From Candidatus Nomurabacteria bacterium (GTDB lineage: Bacteria; Patescibacteriota; Patescibacteriia; HK-STAS-PATE-3), in NCBI GenBank assembly GCA_023898465.1, contig CP060223.1, forward strand, positions 960,001-1,024,000: a stretch of 64,000 nucleotides of DNA, read 5' to 3'. The position numbers were made by a program, and so were the translations under genes. The notes below the pieces were generated by a model. That model ran no database searches. It was not told the origin of the DNA and worked only from the letters and a program-made list of their open reading frames with translations. Shown here piece by piece: positions 35,579-44,963 of this stretch. Positions within the stretch are counted from its first letter, which is position 1, and each line of letters opens with the position of its first letter.

Positions 35579-36142
35579 GTGACAGTACATAACATGCAGT
35601 TTGGCTTCCTGACACTTACCTATCTCTTCTTTATTGCCCTGGCCCTAGCAGTCATGGAAATTCAAATTGAGGGGAAGCACGGTTGGGCAACTCAGTTACC
35701 GACTTGGCGTTATGCACGTCCATGGCTCCTGCGGCTCACCAATGGACGACCTCTCACGGGCTATCACATTGCCCTTGGCGCTTTACTCCTCCTCTTCTTT
35801 CATTTACCACAGGCGTGGTTTGGTTGGTCGCGACAAGCTGAGGCAGTGACCCTTGCCTCTTTCTTTTTCCTTACAGTGTTTTGGGATTTTCTTTGGTTTG
35901 TTTTGAATCCACACTACGGATTGCGTCGTTACTCCCAAGCTCATGTATGGTGGTTTCCTAAACGCTTCCTGGGTTTACCGGTGGAGTATTACGGCGGCCT
36001 CTTTCTCTCCGTGTTGAGCTATGTAGCACTCTCTTCTCAGGACATCCCTACAGCCCTAAGTGAGTGGGCGATTGCTGGCGTCATTTTCCTTGGCTATGTA
36101 GTTGTTACAGCGCTACTGAGTTTACTTATTCGGCGACAATAA
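35579..36142 (+). CDS. Hypothetical polytopic membrane protein
   Basis: 187 aa. Several Trp/Phe-rich TM segments. Confidence 0.45.
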   Translation: MTVHNMQFGFLTLTYLFFIALALAVMEIQIEGKHGWATQLPTWRYARPWLLRLTNGRPLTGYHIALGALLLLFFHLPQAWFGWSRQAEAVTLASFFFLTVFWDFLWFVLNPHYGLRRYSQAHVWWFPKRFLGLPVEYYGGLFLSVLSYVALSSQDIPTALSEWAIAGVIFLGYVVVTALLSLLIRRQ

Positions 36143-36300
36143 TACATTACTTGACTGCATATGCATGACTTGCTAGTGTCTCAAGTCGTTCTTTAGCATA
36201 GTCTCAGTAGCGAGGTGGGCAAGCGTCTTGCTTAGCTCGCTGCTGAGATGGCAGCTGTTCTCAGATGTCCTGAGGACACTTCCCGAGATGGGAGGGATAG

Positions 36301-36693
36301 ATGTACCCGAAGCCGATTAACTTGGAGTTGACCGAGTCGCTGCTGGTTGCCATTACGGCAATTCTGCGAGGAGTTGCCTTCCTGTGCAAGCTCGAAGTGA
36401 GTGCGCTCAAGTTGGTGAATGAAGACGGATCCGGCAGTGATAGAATCCGGCACATCAACTTCGAGGTGAAGTGCGTCATCGACGGCAAGCCCGTTGTCAT
36501 GACTGGTCGGGTATCAGTCGAGCGAGGCAGTGAGGACGATCCGACGCCTTGGCAGCCGATGCTTCTGGATCTCGATTTGGCTGAAGGTAAAGGAAGCGTC
36601 AGTTGTGGTTTCGACTTCGAGGCCGTCTGCGGCAAGGTGCTCGTGATTCGCTGCGTCCCCATGGAGTCGTGCCAATCACGCCCTAGAGCCTAG
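36301..36693 (+). CDS. Hypothetical protein (cassette E)
   Basis: GGGAGGGATAG Shine-Dalgarno before the ATG. 130 aa. GC-rich. Followed by terminator 36703-36733. Confidence 0.4.
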   Translation: MYPKPINLELTESLLVAITAILRGVAFLCKLEVSALKLVNEDGSGSDRIRHINFEVKCVIDGKPVVMTGRVSVERGSEDDPTPWQPMLLDLDLAEGKGSVSCGFDFEAVCGKVLVIRCVPMESCQSRPRA

Positions 36694-36810
36694 GCCCAAC
36701 GAGCCGTCGTACTCTTTGTTACGGCGGCTTTTTCTTGACACTCAGCAGTGAACAGCGTAAAGAGACCGTGAAGTTAGTCTTGCACATTTACTTTACTGAA
36801 GGAGGATTTC

Positions 36811-37386
36811 ATGAGTGGCAAAACACTCATCTCTGTATTCGACAAGTCTGGATTGGTTGAAGCCCTTGCTCCACTTCATAAGCTCGGCTACACGGAGCGA
36901 CTGGCTTCGGCGGGTACGGCGAAACTACTGACCGAGTCTGGTATGCCGACCGATGACGTAGCGAGCTTGGTCGGCGGAGGACCGATCCTGGGACACAAGG
37001 TAGTGACTTTGTCCCGTGAGGTTCACGCAGGTCTTCTGGCCAGCGAGGCTGAGCAAGCTGAGCTGAATGAATTGGGCATCCCACGGATCGAAATCCTCAT
37101 CGTCGGGTTCTATCCACTGCACGCGGCGCTGGTTGACCCGGGCCGTACTTTGGCATCTGTGCTGCAGTCGCTCGACATCGGTGGTCCGACCATGGTGATG
37201 TCTGCAGTGAAGGGTGGACGCATTGTCGTGGTCGACCTGAACGATATTCCCCAGCTCGTGCGCTACCTGAAGGGCGAGTTATCGGATGGTCCCGGCTTCC
37301 TGGCCACCTTGTGGTGGAAGGCGGCAGCCAGGGTGGCTGAGTACTACGCTTCCCTGGCAATGTATCTCAATGAGTACCGCCGTTAG
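36811..37386 (+). CDS. MGS-like domain protein resembling the IMP-cyclohydrolase (PurH N-terminal) domain
   Basis: AAGGAGGA Shine-Dalgarno. TLISVFDKSGLVEALA..LASAGTAKLL..GMP..VASLVGG.ILGH.VVTL...HAGLLA parallels the PurH/MGS signature. Confidence 0.5.
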   Translation: MSGKTLISVFDKSGLVEALAPLHKLGYTERLASAGTAKLLTESGMPTDDVASLVGGGPILGHKVVTLSREVHAGLLASEAEQAELNELGIPRIEILIVGFYPLHAALVDPGRTLASVLQSLDIGGPTMVMSAVKGGRIVVVDLNDIPQLVRYLKGELSDGPGFLATLWWKAAARVAEYYASLAMYLNEYRR

Positions 37387-37427
37387 CCTGATCTCAGGAT
37401 CGTACAGTGACATCCACTCGGTTCTTT

Positions 37428-37471
37428 GCCCCGCCACGATCTACATACAGTAGTAGTGGGCGGGGCTTTTT
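37428..37471 (+). terminator. Rho-independent terminator
   Basis: gccccgccac...gtgggcggggc followed by ttttt, then TTGACT. Confidence 0.65.
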
Positions 37472-37547
37472 CTTGACTGCGTACAACTATGTGCTAAGGT
37501 CGGCGTAGAGTTTCTTGAGCGGGGTAGAAACAGAAGGAGGGTGTGAC

Positions 37548-38531
37548 ATGCCGTTCTTTGACAGTAGTCCTGTAATCCTGAGTGGTAGTGCACACCCGGC
37601 ATTAGCCACTGCGATTGCCAGAAACCTGGGACTAGATCCGGGGGCTATGAATGTCGGTCGCTTTCCGGATCATGAGATCAAAGTGCAGATCGGCGGAAAC
37701 ATTCGTGGTAAGGACGTTTTCATTGTCCAGCCAACGCATGCAACTGCTGATCGAGGCTCGGACAACTTGCTAGAACTACTCATCATGACTGATGCTGCAC
37801 GGCGTGCGTCGGCCGAACGCATCACTGTTGTTCTTCCTTACTTCGGGTACGCCCGACAGGATCGGAAGGACAAACCTCGGGTGCCTATCACTGCGAAGTT
37901 GGTGACGAGCATGATTCAGCATGCCGGCGCTGATCGCTTCCTCAGCATTGATTTGCACTCGGGCCAGATCCAGGGCTTCACTGACGCTCCCTTTGACCAT
38001 CTCTATGGTTGGATCGTCTTGCTGCCGGTGATCAAGTCCCTCAATCTTGCGGCACTTTCCATCGGGTCGGTCGATCTGGGCGGAGCAACTATGGTTGGGA
38101 ACTGGCGCTCGCGTATTCCGGGGTCTGATGTGGTGCTGATCGACAAGCAGCGATTGGGCGATCGAAGCACCAGGATCAGGCAAGTGATCGGCGAAGTTGA
38201 AGGCCGCGATATGGTTCTGGTTGACGATGTGCTTAGCAGTGGCATTTCCATGGAGGTAGCGGCTAGGGCTATGCAAGAGCGAGGCGCGCGTAGTGTTCGT
38301 GCAGCGGTGACCCACGGAGTTTTCTGTGAAGACTGTATTCGTCGGTTGGAGGAGGCGCCGATAACCGAAGTGTATGTGACCGATACCTTGCCTCTCCCGA
38401 GCAGCCTTCCAGGCAAGTTCCGCGTTTGTTCGGTGGCACCGTTGCTCGGCGACGCCATCATGGACATTCACAACTCGAATTCACTCACCCACCATTTTGG
38501 GCTGGATGGATCGGATGTGAAAAGCGAATGA
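37548..38531 (+). CDS. prs: Ribose-phosphate pyrophosphokinase (PRPP synthetase)
   Basis: AGGAGGG Shine-Dalgarno before the ATG at 37548. DHEIKVQIGGNIRGKDVFIVQ, VLPYFGYARQDRK, and PRPP-binding loop VLVDDVLSSG. Confidence 0.85.
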   Translation: MPFFDSSPVILSGSAHPALATAIARNLGLDPGAMNVGRFPDHEIKVQIGGNIRGKDVFIVQPTHATADRGSDNLLELLIMTDAARRASAERITVVLPYFGYARQDRKDKPRVPITAKLVTSMIQHAGADRFLSIDLHSGQIQGFTDAPFDHLYGWIVLLPVIKSLNLAALSIGSVDLGGATMVGNWRSRIPGSDVVLIDKQRLGDRSTRIRQVIGEVEGRDMVLVDDVLSSGISMEVAARAMQERGARSVRAAVTHGVFCEDCIRRLEEAPITEVYVTDTLPLPSSLPGKFRVCSVAPLLGDAIMDIHNSNSLTHHFGLDGSDVKSE

Positions 38532-38541
38532 CGCAGCAGCA

Positions 38542-38575
38542 ACGCCCGTCTCTTTCGAGAGCCGGGCGTTTTTCT
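38542..38575 (+). terminator. Rho-independent terminator after prs
   Basis: acgcccg-tctctttcgagag-cgggcgt followed by ttttt. TTGACC-17-TACAAC promoter immediately downstream. Confidence 0.6.
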
Positions 38576-38649
38576 CATATTGACCCAGGAAAATACCTAT
38601 GTTACAACGCTAACGCATTGGCGTGTGTAGCGAGAGTATTGGAGGGCGC

Positions 38650-38769
38650 ATGACTACGCTAAAAGGGAGTCGTCGTAACGAGCGCTGCCTGCGATGCGGG
38701 TACAAGCTCAAGTCCTGCATTTGCCCTAAGGGCATCTTTGGTTGGTTCCGGCGGCTTTTTCCTGGATAG
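38650..38769 (+). CDS. 39-aa zinc-ribbon-like mini-protein (CxxC...CxC)
   Basis: GGAGGG Shine-Dalgarno 4 nt before the ATG. MTTLKGSRRNERCLRCGYKLKSCICPKGIFGWFRRLFPG. Confidence 0.3.
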   Translation: MTTLKGSRRNERCLRCGYKLKSCICPKGIFGWFRRLFPG

Positions 38770-38920
38770 GACGGGATAACTCCTTGATGTGCCAATTGAT
38801 GAGGCGACATCCACTTCCCGGCGGCACTGCATTGCAGGTCGCCGGCGTTTTCATTGACAAAAAAGCCTTGAGGTTGTTTTGTGATAGCAAAACACCGCCC
38901 TTTGTCATGAGGAGGGAAAG

Positions 38921-39124
38921 ATGGACTCAAAGGAAATAGAACGCATGCGTGAATTGCTGGCCCTCGGCGACCGCCGAGAGTTGACCATGCCTGAAGTAAT
39001 CGAGCTTCAGGAGCTACGAAGGCAGGTGGGAGAATTGAGTCCGGGAACAATCCCAGAAGCAATGTTCCCTCAGGGGCCACCCAGAGAATCAGGCGATGAT
39101 GAGAGCATTGGACTCATTGCCTAG
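38921..39124 (+). CDS. Hypothetical 67-aa protein (cassette F)
   Basis: GAGGAGGGAAAG Shine-Dalgarno before the ATG. Terminator at 39140-39172. Confidence 0.4.
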   Translation: MDSKEIERMRELLALGDRRELTMPEVIELQELRRQVGELSPGTIPEAMFPQGPPRESGDDESIGLIA

Positions 39125-39205
39125 ACGATCTTCGCAATTGGCGACGTGCGTTTGTGCGTCGCCTTTCTTTTTCCAGGATTTTCGAAAAAATGCTACACTT
39201 TTACC

Positions 39206-39448
39206 ATGGAAGAAAAACATCGTGACGTGCATGGCCACAAAGTATTCTATGCCGAGGAGGCAAAACGCGGCGTGGAATATTTAGATAATGCTCTTGATTA
39301 TAAAGAGGCTGAGGTATTTTTTCGCGATGCAAAATCACATGGAGAAAGTGAATTCGAAGACGAAGATCGGAGAAACTTCACTTTAGTGTATAATAAAAAC
39401 GGAACCTACACCCTAGTGTACCGTAAAGAATCTCGAGGCTGGTTTTAA
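39206..39448 (+). CDS. Hypothetical 80-aa protein
   Basis: ATG at 39206 in a lower-GC context. MEEKHRDVHGHKVFYAEEAKRGVEYLD... Confidence 0.35.
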   Translation: MEEKHRDVHGHKVFYAEEAKRGVEYLDNALDYKEAEVFFRDAKSHGESEFEDEDRRNFTLVYNKNGTYTLVYRKESRGWF

Positions 39449-39454
39449 TACCAT

Positions 39455-39850
39455 ATGCGAAAACGAGTAAAAAAAGAATTTGAGCAGCGCTCTACGTGGC
39501 AAGATAGAATCGCCGATACAATAACTCGTTTTTCCGGTTCAATGACTTTTGTTTACCTCCACATCGGATGGTTTATTTTATGGTTAATAGTGAATGGTTT
39601 AGAGGGAACAAAGCCATGGGATCCCTATCCATACAACTTCCTCACTCTGATTGTTTCACTGGAAGCGATTTTCCTTTCCACCTTTGTGCTTATTTCACAA
39701 AACCGTGAATCTGAGCGGACCGATGTGCGCGATCAGCTTGACTATGAAATTGATGTGAAGGCTCAGGAGCAAATCGAACGCATTATGAAGAGCCTGGAAC
39801 GCATTGAACGCAAACTCAATACTAGCAGCAAAAAAACAAAGCAAAAGTAG
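39455..39850 (+). CDS. DUF1003 family membrane protein
   Basis: 131 aa, 2 TM. WQDRIAD.IT.F.GSM.FVY.H..WF..W......PWDPYP..LL.L..SLEAIFLS.FVL..QNR pattern. Confidence 0.65.
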   Translation: MRKRVKKEFEQRSTWQDRIADTITRFSGSMTFVYLHIGWFILWLIVNGLEGTKPWDPYPYNFLTLIVSLEAIFLSTFVLISQNRESERTDVRDQLDYEIDVKAQEQIERIMKSLERIERKLNTSSKKTKQK

Positions 39851-39880
39851 TTCCTGATTCTTTGTAATTCCGGCCGGCAT

Positions 39881-41188
39881 ATGTTGAAACAGCTACTCAG
39901 ACCTTTTATCCCACGATCAATCCTTTTAAGTTATCATCGTTGCCGAGCGCATTTGACCGCGTTTCGTTTTGGCTATCCGGGTAAGAAGCTGCGCGTCATT
40001 GCGGTGACCGGCACAAATGGGAAATCAACAGTAGTAGAGTGGATCGGGCAATTGCTTGCTCTCATGGGTGAGCCGGTAGGATGGATTTCTACCGCATCGG
40101 TTCGTATCGGCGATGAGACAAAGCTAAATACAACGAAGTTGACTACGGCTGATACGAGTTTTTTACAGTCTCATCTTGCTAAAATGGTGCGAGCAGGCGC
40201 AAAGTATGCAGTTCTAGAAGCTTCCTCTCAGGGCTTAGCGCAAGGTCGTTTGAACGGGGTGCCGATTCAGGGTGCAGTTTTTACCAATCTCACACCAGAA
40301 CATATTGAATGGCACGGATCGATGTTGGCATATCAACGGGCTAAGGAGCTATTGTTTCAAAGACTCATGTCGAGTGCTCGTGTAACAGATGCCCCAAAAG
40401 TGAGTGTGGTAAACGGAGACGACCCAGTGGCTGATGCCTTTCTTCGCTACCCAGCGGATAAAAAGGTTGTATGTACTCTGTATGGAAGCGTGCACACAAA
40501 AGCTGACGTGCATCGTCGAGCCGAAATTGTTGAGCAAAACGAAAAAGGAACCCGCATTCGTATTGAGGAGCATGAGGTGTTTTTACCTTTTCTTGGGCGC
40601 TTCAATGTGATGAATGCCCTGGAAGCAGTAGCCGTGCTTGAGCAATATGGTTTCCCATTAGCTAAGCTAGTACCTGCATTGGCGCAGTTAGTGCCGGTAC
40701 CGGGACGCTTAGAGTTTATTCCAAGTAAGCGCGATTTTCAGATTTTAGTCGACTATGCGCCTGAACCAGCTTCTATGCAGGCGCTTTATCAAGTGCTTGA
40801 GCAGCTCCATCCAAAGCGTATATTGCATGTTTTTGGTTCGGCTGGCGGTGGACGTGATAAGAGTCGGCGTCCAGTGCTCGGCAAATGGGTGGCCGAACAC
40901 GCAGACCTTGCTATTGTGACAAACGAGGATCCTTATGACGAAGACCCAGAGCAGATAATTGACGATGTTGTAGCCGGAACAAAAGAGGCCTCACCCCTTC
41001 GTGCCCAAGTTGAACGGGTATCTGATCGTCGGCAAGCCATTGCCCATGCACTTTCCCTAGCAAAATCAGGCGATTTAGTCGTAATTACCGGCAAAGCATC
41101 TGAACAATGGCTGATGGGCCCAAAAGGTACGCGCCAGGCCTGGGACGATCGTCAGGTTGTGCGCGAAGAACTCGGGAATAGACTTTAA
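39881..41188 (+). CDS. murE: Mur ligase family protein (MurE-like UDP-MurNAc-tripeptide synthetase)
   Basis: 435 aa. P-loop VTGTNGKST, LEASSQGL, TNLTPEHIEWHGS, C-terminal Mur ligase domain. Confidence 0.6.
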   Translation: MLKQLLRPFIPRSILLSYHRCRAHLTAFRFGYPGKKLRVIAVTGTNGKSTVVEWIGQLLALMGEPVGWISTASVRIGDETKLNTTKLTTADTSFLQSHLAKMVRAGAKYAVLEASSQGLAQGRLNGVPIQGAVFTNLTPEHIEWHGSMLAYQRAKELLFQRLMSSARVTDAPKVSVVNGDDPVADAFLRYPADKKVVCTLYGSVHTKADVHRRAEIVEQNEKGTRIRIEEHEVFLPFLGRFNVMNALEAVAVLEQYGFPLAKLVPALAQLVPVPGRLEFIPSKRDFQILVDYAPEPASMQALYQVLEQLHPKRILHVFGSAGGGRDKSRRPVLGKWVAEHADLAIVTNEDPYDEDPEQIIDDVVAGTKEASPLRAQVERVSDRRQAIAHALSLAKSGDLVVITGKASEQWLMGPKGTRQAWDDRQVVREELGNRL

Positions 41189-41229
41189 GAAGTTTTTCGT
41201 TACAGCTTTCTCCCTGCGCAAGGGGGGAA

Positions 41230-41510
41230 TTCGGATAAAATGTGGATAAGTGTGCACGCACTAAAAGTGAAATAGGGCAATCCGAAAACATATTTTGCTA
41301 ATATTAGCAGAAAATAACAAAAAATAGCCCTGAGAACACTACCCTTGACAGCTGTCAAGTTGATTGGTATGGTGTTGAAGCATCTATTTTGACCCTAAAT
41401 CGCGATTCCTGACCTTGCGGAAGAACATTTCCTCAGTCCGAGGCACACAATAGGCGACGCGACAGTATATTACGTCCCCGGGACTACCGAGCGGACGTGG
41501 TAATTTTTTA
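41230..41510 (+). promoter_or_regulatory. rpoB upstream region: DnaA box, two palindromes and a sigma70-like promoter
   Basis: tgtggataa at 41241-41249. Palindrome tgctaatattagca at 41296-41309. Palindrome cttgacagctgtcaag at 41344-41359 overlapping -35 TTGACA, then 17 nt and TATGGT -10. Confidence 0.5.
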
Positions 41511-44500
41511 ATGCAAAAAAACTCATCAGGGGTAACTAAAGAACGGAAGTTTTTTACAAAACTTCACGAAGCCATTCCGCTGCCTGATCTCATCGAGATT
41601 CAGAAGCGTTCCTATGAATGGTTTTTCCGCGATGGGCTCAAAGAGCTTTTCGAGGAGATTTCACCTATCCGCGACTTTATCGGTCGTGACCTTGAGTTAT
41701 ATTTTGGTGACTACTACCTGGATGAGCCAAAGTTTGATGAAGTAGCTGCCAAAGCAAAGAACGTAACCTATGAGGCTGCACTTCGCGTACAAACTCGTTT
41801 AGTTAACAAAAAGACTGGTGAAATCAAGGAACAGGAAATTTACCTGGGTGATTTCCCACTCATTACTGATCGCGGCACTTTCATTATCAACGGTATTGAG
41901 CGCGTGGTTGTTTCACAGCTGATTCGTTCAGCTGGCGCCTTCTTTACTGCTGAGTACTTGCGCGGACGTTATTACTATGGTGCAAAAATTATTCCAAACC
42001 GTGGCGCTTGGCTGGAATTAGAAACTGATGCGAATAATGTTATCTCAGTAAAGATTGACCGTAAGCGCAAAGTACCGATCACATCACTGCTTCGCGCCTT
42101 TGGCCTTGGTTCTGATGAAGAATTGCTCGGCCTCTTTAAAGAAGTTGATACTCACGCGACTGATAAATATCTAGAAGCAACGATTGCTAAGGATGCCGCT
42201 CGTTCAGAGGCAGAGGGCTTGAAGGAAGTCTACAAGCGTATTCGTCCAGGTGACTTGGCTACAACTGACAACGCACGTGAATTGATTCACAAGATGTTCT
42301 TCTCATTCGATCGATATGACTTCGGTCGAGTTGGTCGTTACAAGCTGAATCATCGCTTCGGCTTTGATTTCCCAAATGACAAAGAGCATCGTGTCTTGCA
42401 AAAAGATGATGTGATCGCCATTGTTCGCGAAATCATCACCTTGAATAACCGCCAAGCAGAGCCGGATGATATCGACCACTTAGGTAATCGACGAGTTCGC
42501 GCCATCGGTGAATTGGTTCAAAACAAGTTCCGCGTTGGTTTGGCTCGCATGGAGCGTATCGTAAAAGATCGCATGTCCACTCGCGACATCACTACACTCA
42601 CTCCAAACCAATTAATTAATGCGCGTCCAATTATTGGTGCAGTAAAAGAGTTCTTCATGAGCTCCCAGTTGTCCCAATTCATGGATCAGCATAATCCATT
42701 GGCTGAGTTAGAGCACAAGCGCCGCTTGTCTGCTATGGGTCCTGGTGGTTTGTCACGCGAACGAGCCGGATTTGATGTGCGTGACGTGCACCGCACCCAC
42801 TATGGTCGTATCTGTCCAATTGCCACTCCAGAAGGACCAAACATTGGTTTGGTCGGACACTTGGCCAGCTACGCACGTATTAATGACTATGGATTTATCG
42901 AAACACCGTTCCGCCGAGTTATTCATGATATACCAAACGATCCTAAGCAAACTGAAGGTGAAGAGCTACGTGAGGATGTACAAGATGCAGCTGGTCAGAC
43001 TGTGGCCAGTGCCGGCACAAAAATCACTAAGGATATCGCTGAGAAGTTAAAGCAATCTGGCAAAGAGCTTATTCCGATTAAGCCACGTGTGTTAAGCGAT
43101 GTGCTTTACTTGGATGCCTTTACTGAAGAGCGTGCTGTGACCACTGCCGCAACCACCCCGATTGATGAAAACGGTTATTTCATGAGCGAGCGGGTTGAGG
43201 TTCGACGTCATGGTGAGCCAACCATTGGTACACCGTGGGAAGTTGATTACATGGACGTTTCACCGAAGCAGATTGTGAGTGTGACCACGTCCTTAATTCC
43301 TTTCTTGGAACACGATGACGCGGTACGTGCCCTGATGGGTACCAATATGCAACGCCAGGCTGTGGCTGTTATTAACCCACAATCACCGATTGTTGGTACT
43401 GGTGTTGAGGGTCGCGCAGCACGTGATTCTGGTCAGGTTGTCTTAGCGAAGAATGCCGGTGAGATTGTGAAGGTGCAAGGTAACCTTATACAGATTAAGG
43501 AAGCTGATGGTACTATTCGTGATTATCCTTTGCGTAAATTCAATCGATCAAACGCTTCCGGATCAATTAACCAGAAGCCTTTAGTTGATCGTGGACAAGA
43601 AGTAGAAGCCGGTGCGCTTTTGGCTGATGGTCCTTCCACTGAAGACGGTGAATTAGCACTTGGGCAAAACATTCTTGTGGCTTTCATGCCATGGGAAGGT
43701 GGTAACTACGAAGACGCTATTCTCTTGTCTGAACGTTTGGTGCAGGGCGACCGCTACACTTCTATTCACATCGAGGACTACTCAATTGATGTACGCGACA
43801 CAAAGCTCGGACCAGAAGTAGTTACGCGCGATATTCCTAACGTGTCTGAAGAGAAGTTAAAGGATTTGGATGAAGACGGTGTGATTCGCATCGGAGCAGA
43901 AGTTTCTTCAGGTGATATTTTGGTCGGCAAGATCACCCCGAAGGGTGAGACCGAGCTCTCAGCTGAGGAAAAATTACTCCGGGCAATTTTTGGTGAAAAA
44001 GCGAAGGATGTAAAAGATAGCTCACTCTACTTAGAGCATGGTGAGCACGGTAAAGTGGTTGACATCAAAGTCTTTTCACGAGAAAAGGGTGACAAACTTT
44101 CATCCGGCGTGATCAAGACTATCCAAGTTTCAGTTGCCCAACTTCGCAAGATTCAAGTTGGCGACAAGATGGCTGGCCGACACGGAAACAAAGGTGTTAT
44201 TTCTCGCATTGTGGCTGTAGAAGATATGCCATTCCTAGAGGACGGTACCCCGGTCGACATTATTCTCAACCCGTTGGGTGTTGCCTCTCGTATGAACCTC
44301 GGACAAATTTTGGAAACCCACCTCGGGCTCGCCGCAAAGAAGCTTGGTTACAAGGTTGCCAGTCCAGCTCTCGATGGCGTACCAGAAGAAACCATTCGTG
44401 AAGAATTAGCCAAGGCTGGTTATCCAGTTGACGGTAAGCTGACCTTGATTGATGGTCGTACTGGTAAGCCAATGGATCAAAAAGCTACCGTGGGTAACAT

Positions 44501-44963
44501 TTACATGTTGAAATTGAATCACTTGGTTGAAGATAAGATTCACCAACGTTCCATTGGTCCATACTCTCTCGTTACGCAGCAGCCGCTCGGTGGTAAAGCT
44601 CAGTTCGGTGGTCAGCGCTTTGGAGAAATGGAAGTGTGGGCACTCGAAGCATATGGTGCCGCCCATACCCTGCAAGAAATGTTGACCATTAAGTCTGACG
44701 ACGTACCAGGTCGCTCCAAGGCCTATGAGTCAGTCATTAAGGGTGAACCAATTACCCGACTCAATGTTCCAGAATCCTTTAACGTATTAGTCCGTGAATT
44801 AAAGGGTCTTGGTTTGGATGTTGATTTGATCGGCGCCAAACCACGTGATGGAGAAGAAGAAAAACCTCGCCAACCCTCTGAAGAAGAGAAAAAACTAGCA
44901 ACGGCTGAAACAGGTGGAGGAGAGGACGTCCCCGAAGAACCTAAAGAATCAAGCGATGATTGA
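41511..44963 (+). CDS. rpoB: DNA-directed RNA polymerase subunit beta
   Basis: 1150 aa with conserved RpoB blocks (..[13 protein letters not shown].., ..[18 protein letters not shown]..). Confidence 0.97.
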   Translation: MQKNSSGVTKERKFFTKLHEAIPLPDLIEIQKRSYEWFFRDGLKELFEEISPIRDFIGRDLELYFGDYYLDEPKFDEVAAKAKNVTYEAALRVQTRLVNKKTGEIKEQEIYLGDFPLITDRGTFIINGIERVVVSQLIRSAGAFFTAEYLRGRYYYGAKIIPNRGAWLELETDANNVISVKIDRKRKVPITSLLRAFGLGSDEELLGLFKEVDTHATDKYLEATIAKDAARSEAEGLKEVYKRIRPGDLATTDNARELIHKMFFSFDRYDFGRVGRYKLNHRFGFDFPNDKEHRVLQKDDVIAIVREIITLNNRQAEPDDIDHLGNRRVRAIGELVQNKFRVGLARMERIVKDRMSTRDITTLTPNQLINARPIIGAVKEFFMSSQLSQFMDQHNPLAELEHKRRLSAMGPGGLSRERAGFDVRDVHRTHYGRICPIATPEGPNIGLVGHLASYARINDYGFIETPFRRVIHDIPNDPKQTEGEELREDVQDAAGQTVASAGTKITKDIAEKLKQSGKELIPIKPRVLSDVLYLDAFTEERAVTTAATTPIDENGYFMSERVEVRRHGEPTIGTPWEVDYMDVSPKQIVSVTTSLIPFLEHDDAVRALMGTNMQRQAVAVINPQSPIVGTGVEGRAARDSGQVVLAKNAGEIVKVQGNLIQIKEADGTIRDYPLRKFNRSNASGSINQKPLVDRGQEVEAGALLADGPSTEDGELALGQNILVAFMPWEGGNYEDAILLSERLVQGDRYTSIHIEDYSIDVRDTKLGPEVVTRDIPNVSEEKLKDLDEDGVIRIGAEVSSGDILVGKITPKGETELSAEEKLLRAIFGEKAKDVKDSSLYLEHGEHGKVVDIKVFSREKGDKLSSGVIKTIQVSVAQLRKIQVGDKMAGRHGNKGVISRIVAVEDMPFLEDGTPVDIILNPLGVASRMNLGQILETHLGLAAKKLGYKVASPALDGVPEETIREELAKAGYPVDGKLTLIDGRTGKPMDQKATVGNIYMLKLNHLVEDKIHQRSIGPYSLVTQQPLGGKAQFGGQRFGEMEVWALEAYGAAHTLQEMLTIKSDDVPGRSKAYESVIKGEPITRLNVPESFNVLVRELKGLGLDVDLIGAKPRDGEEEKPRQPSEEEKKLATAETGGGEDVPEEPKESSDD

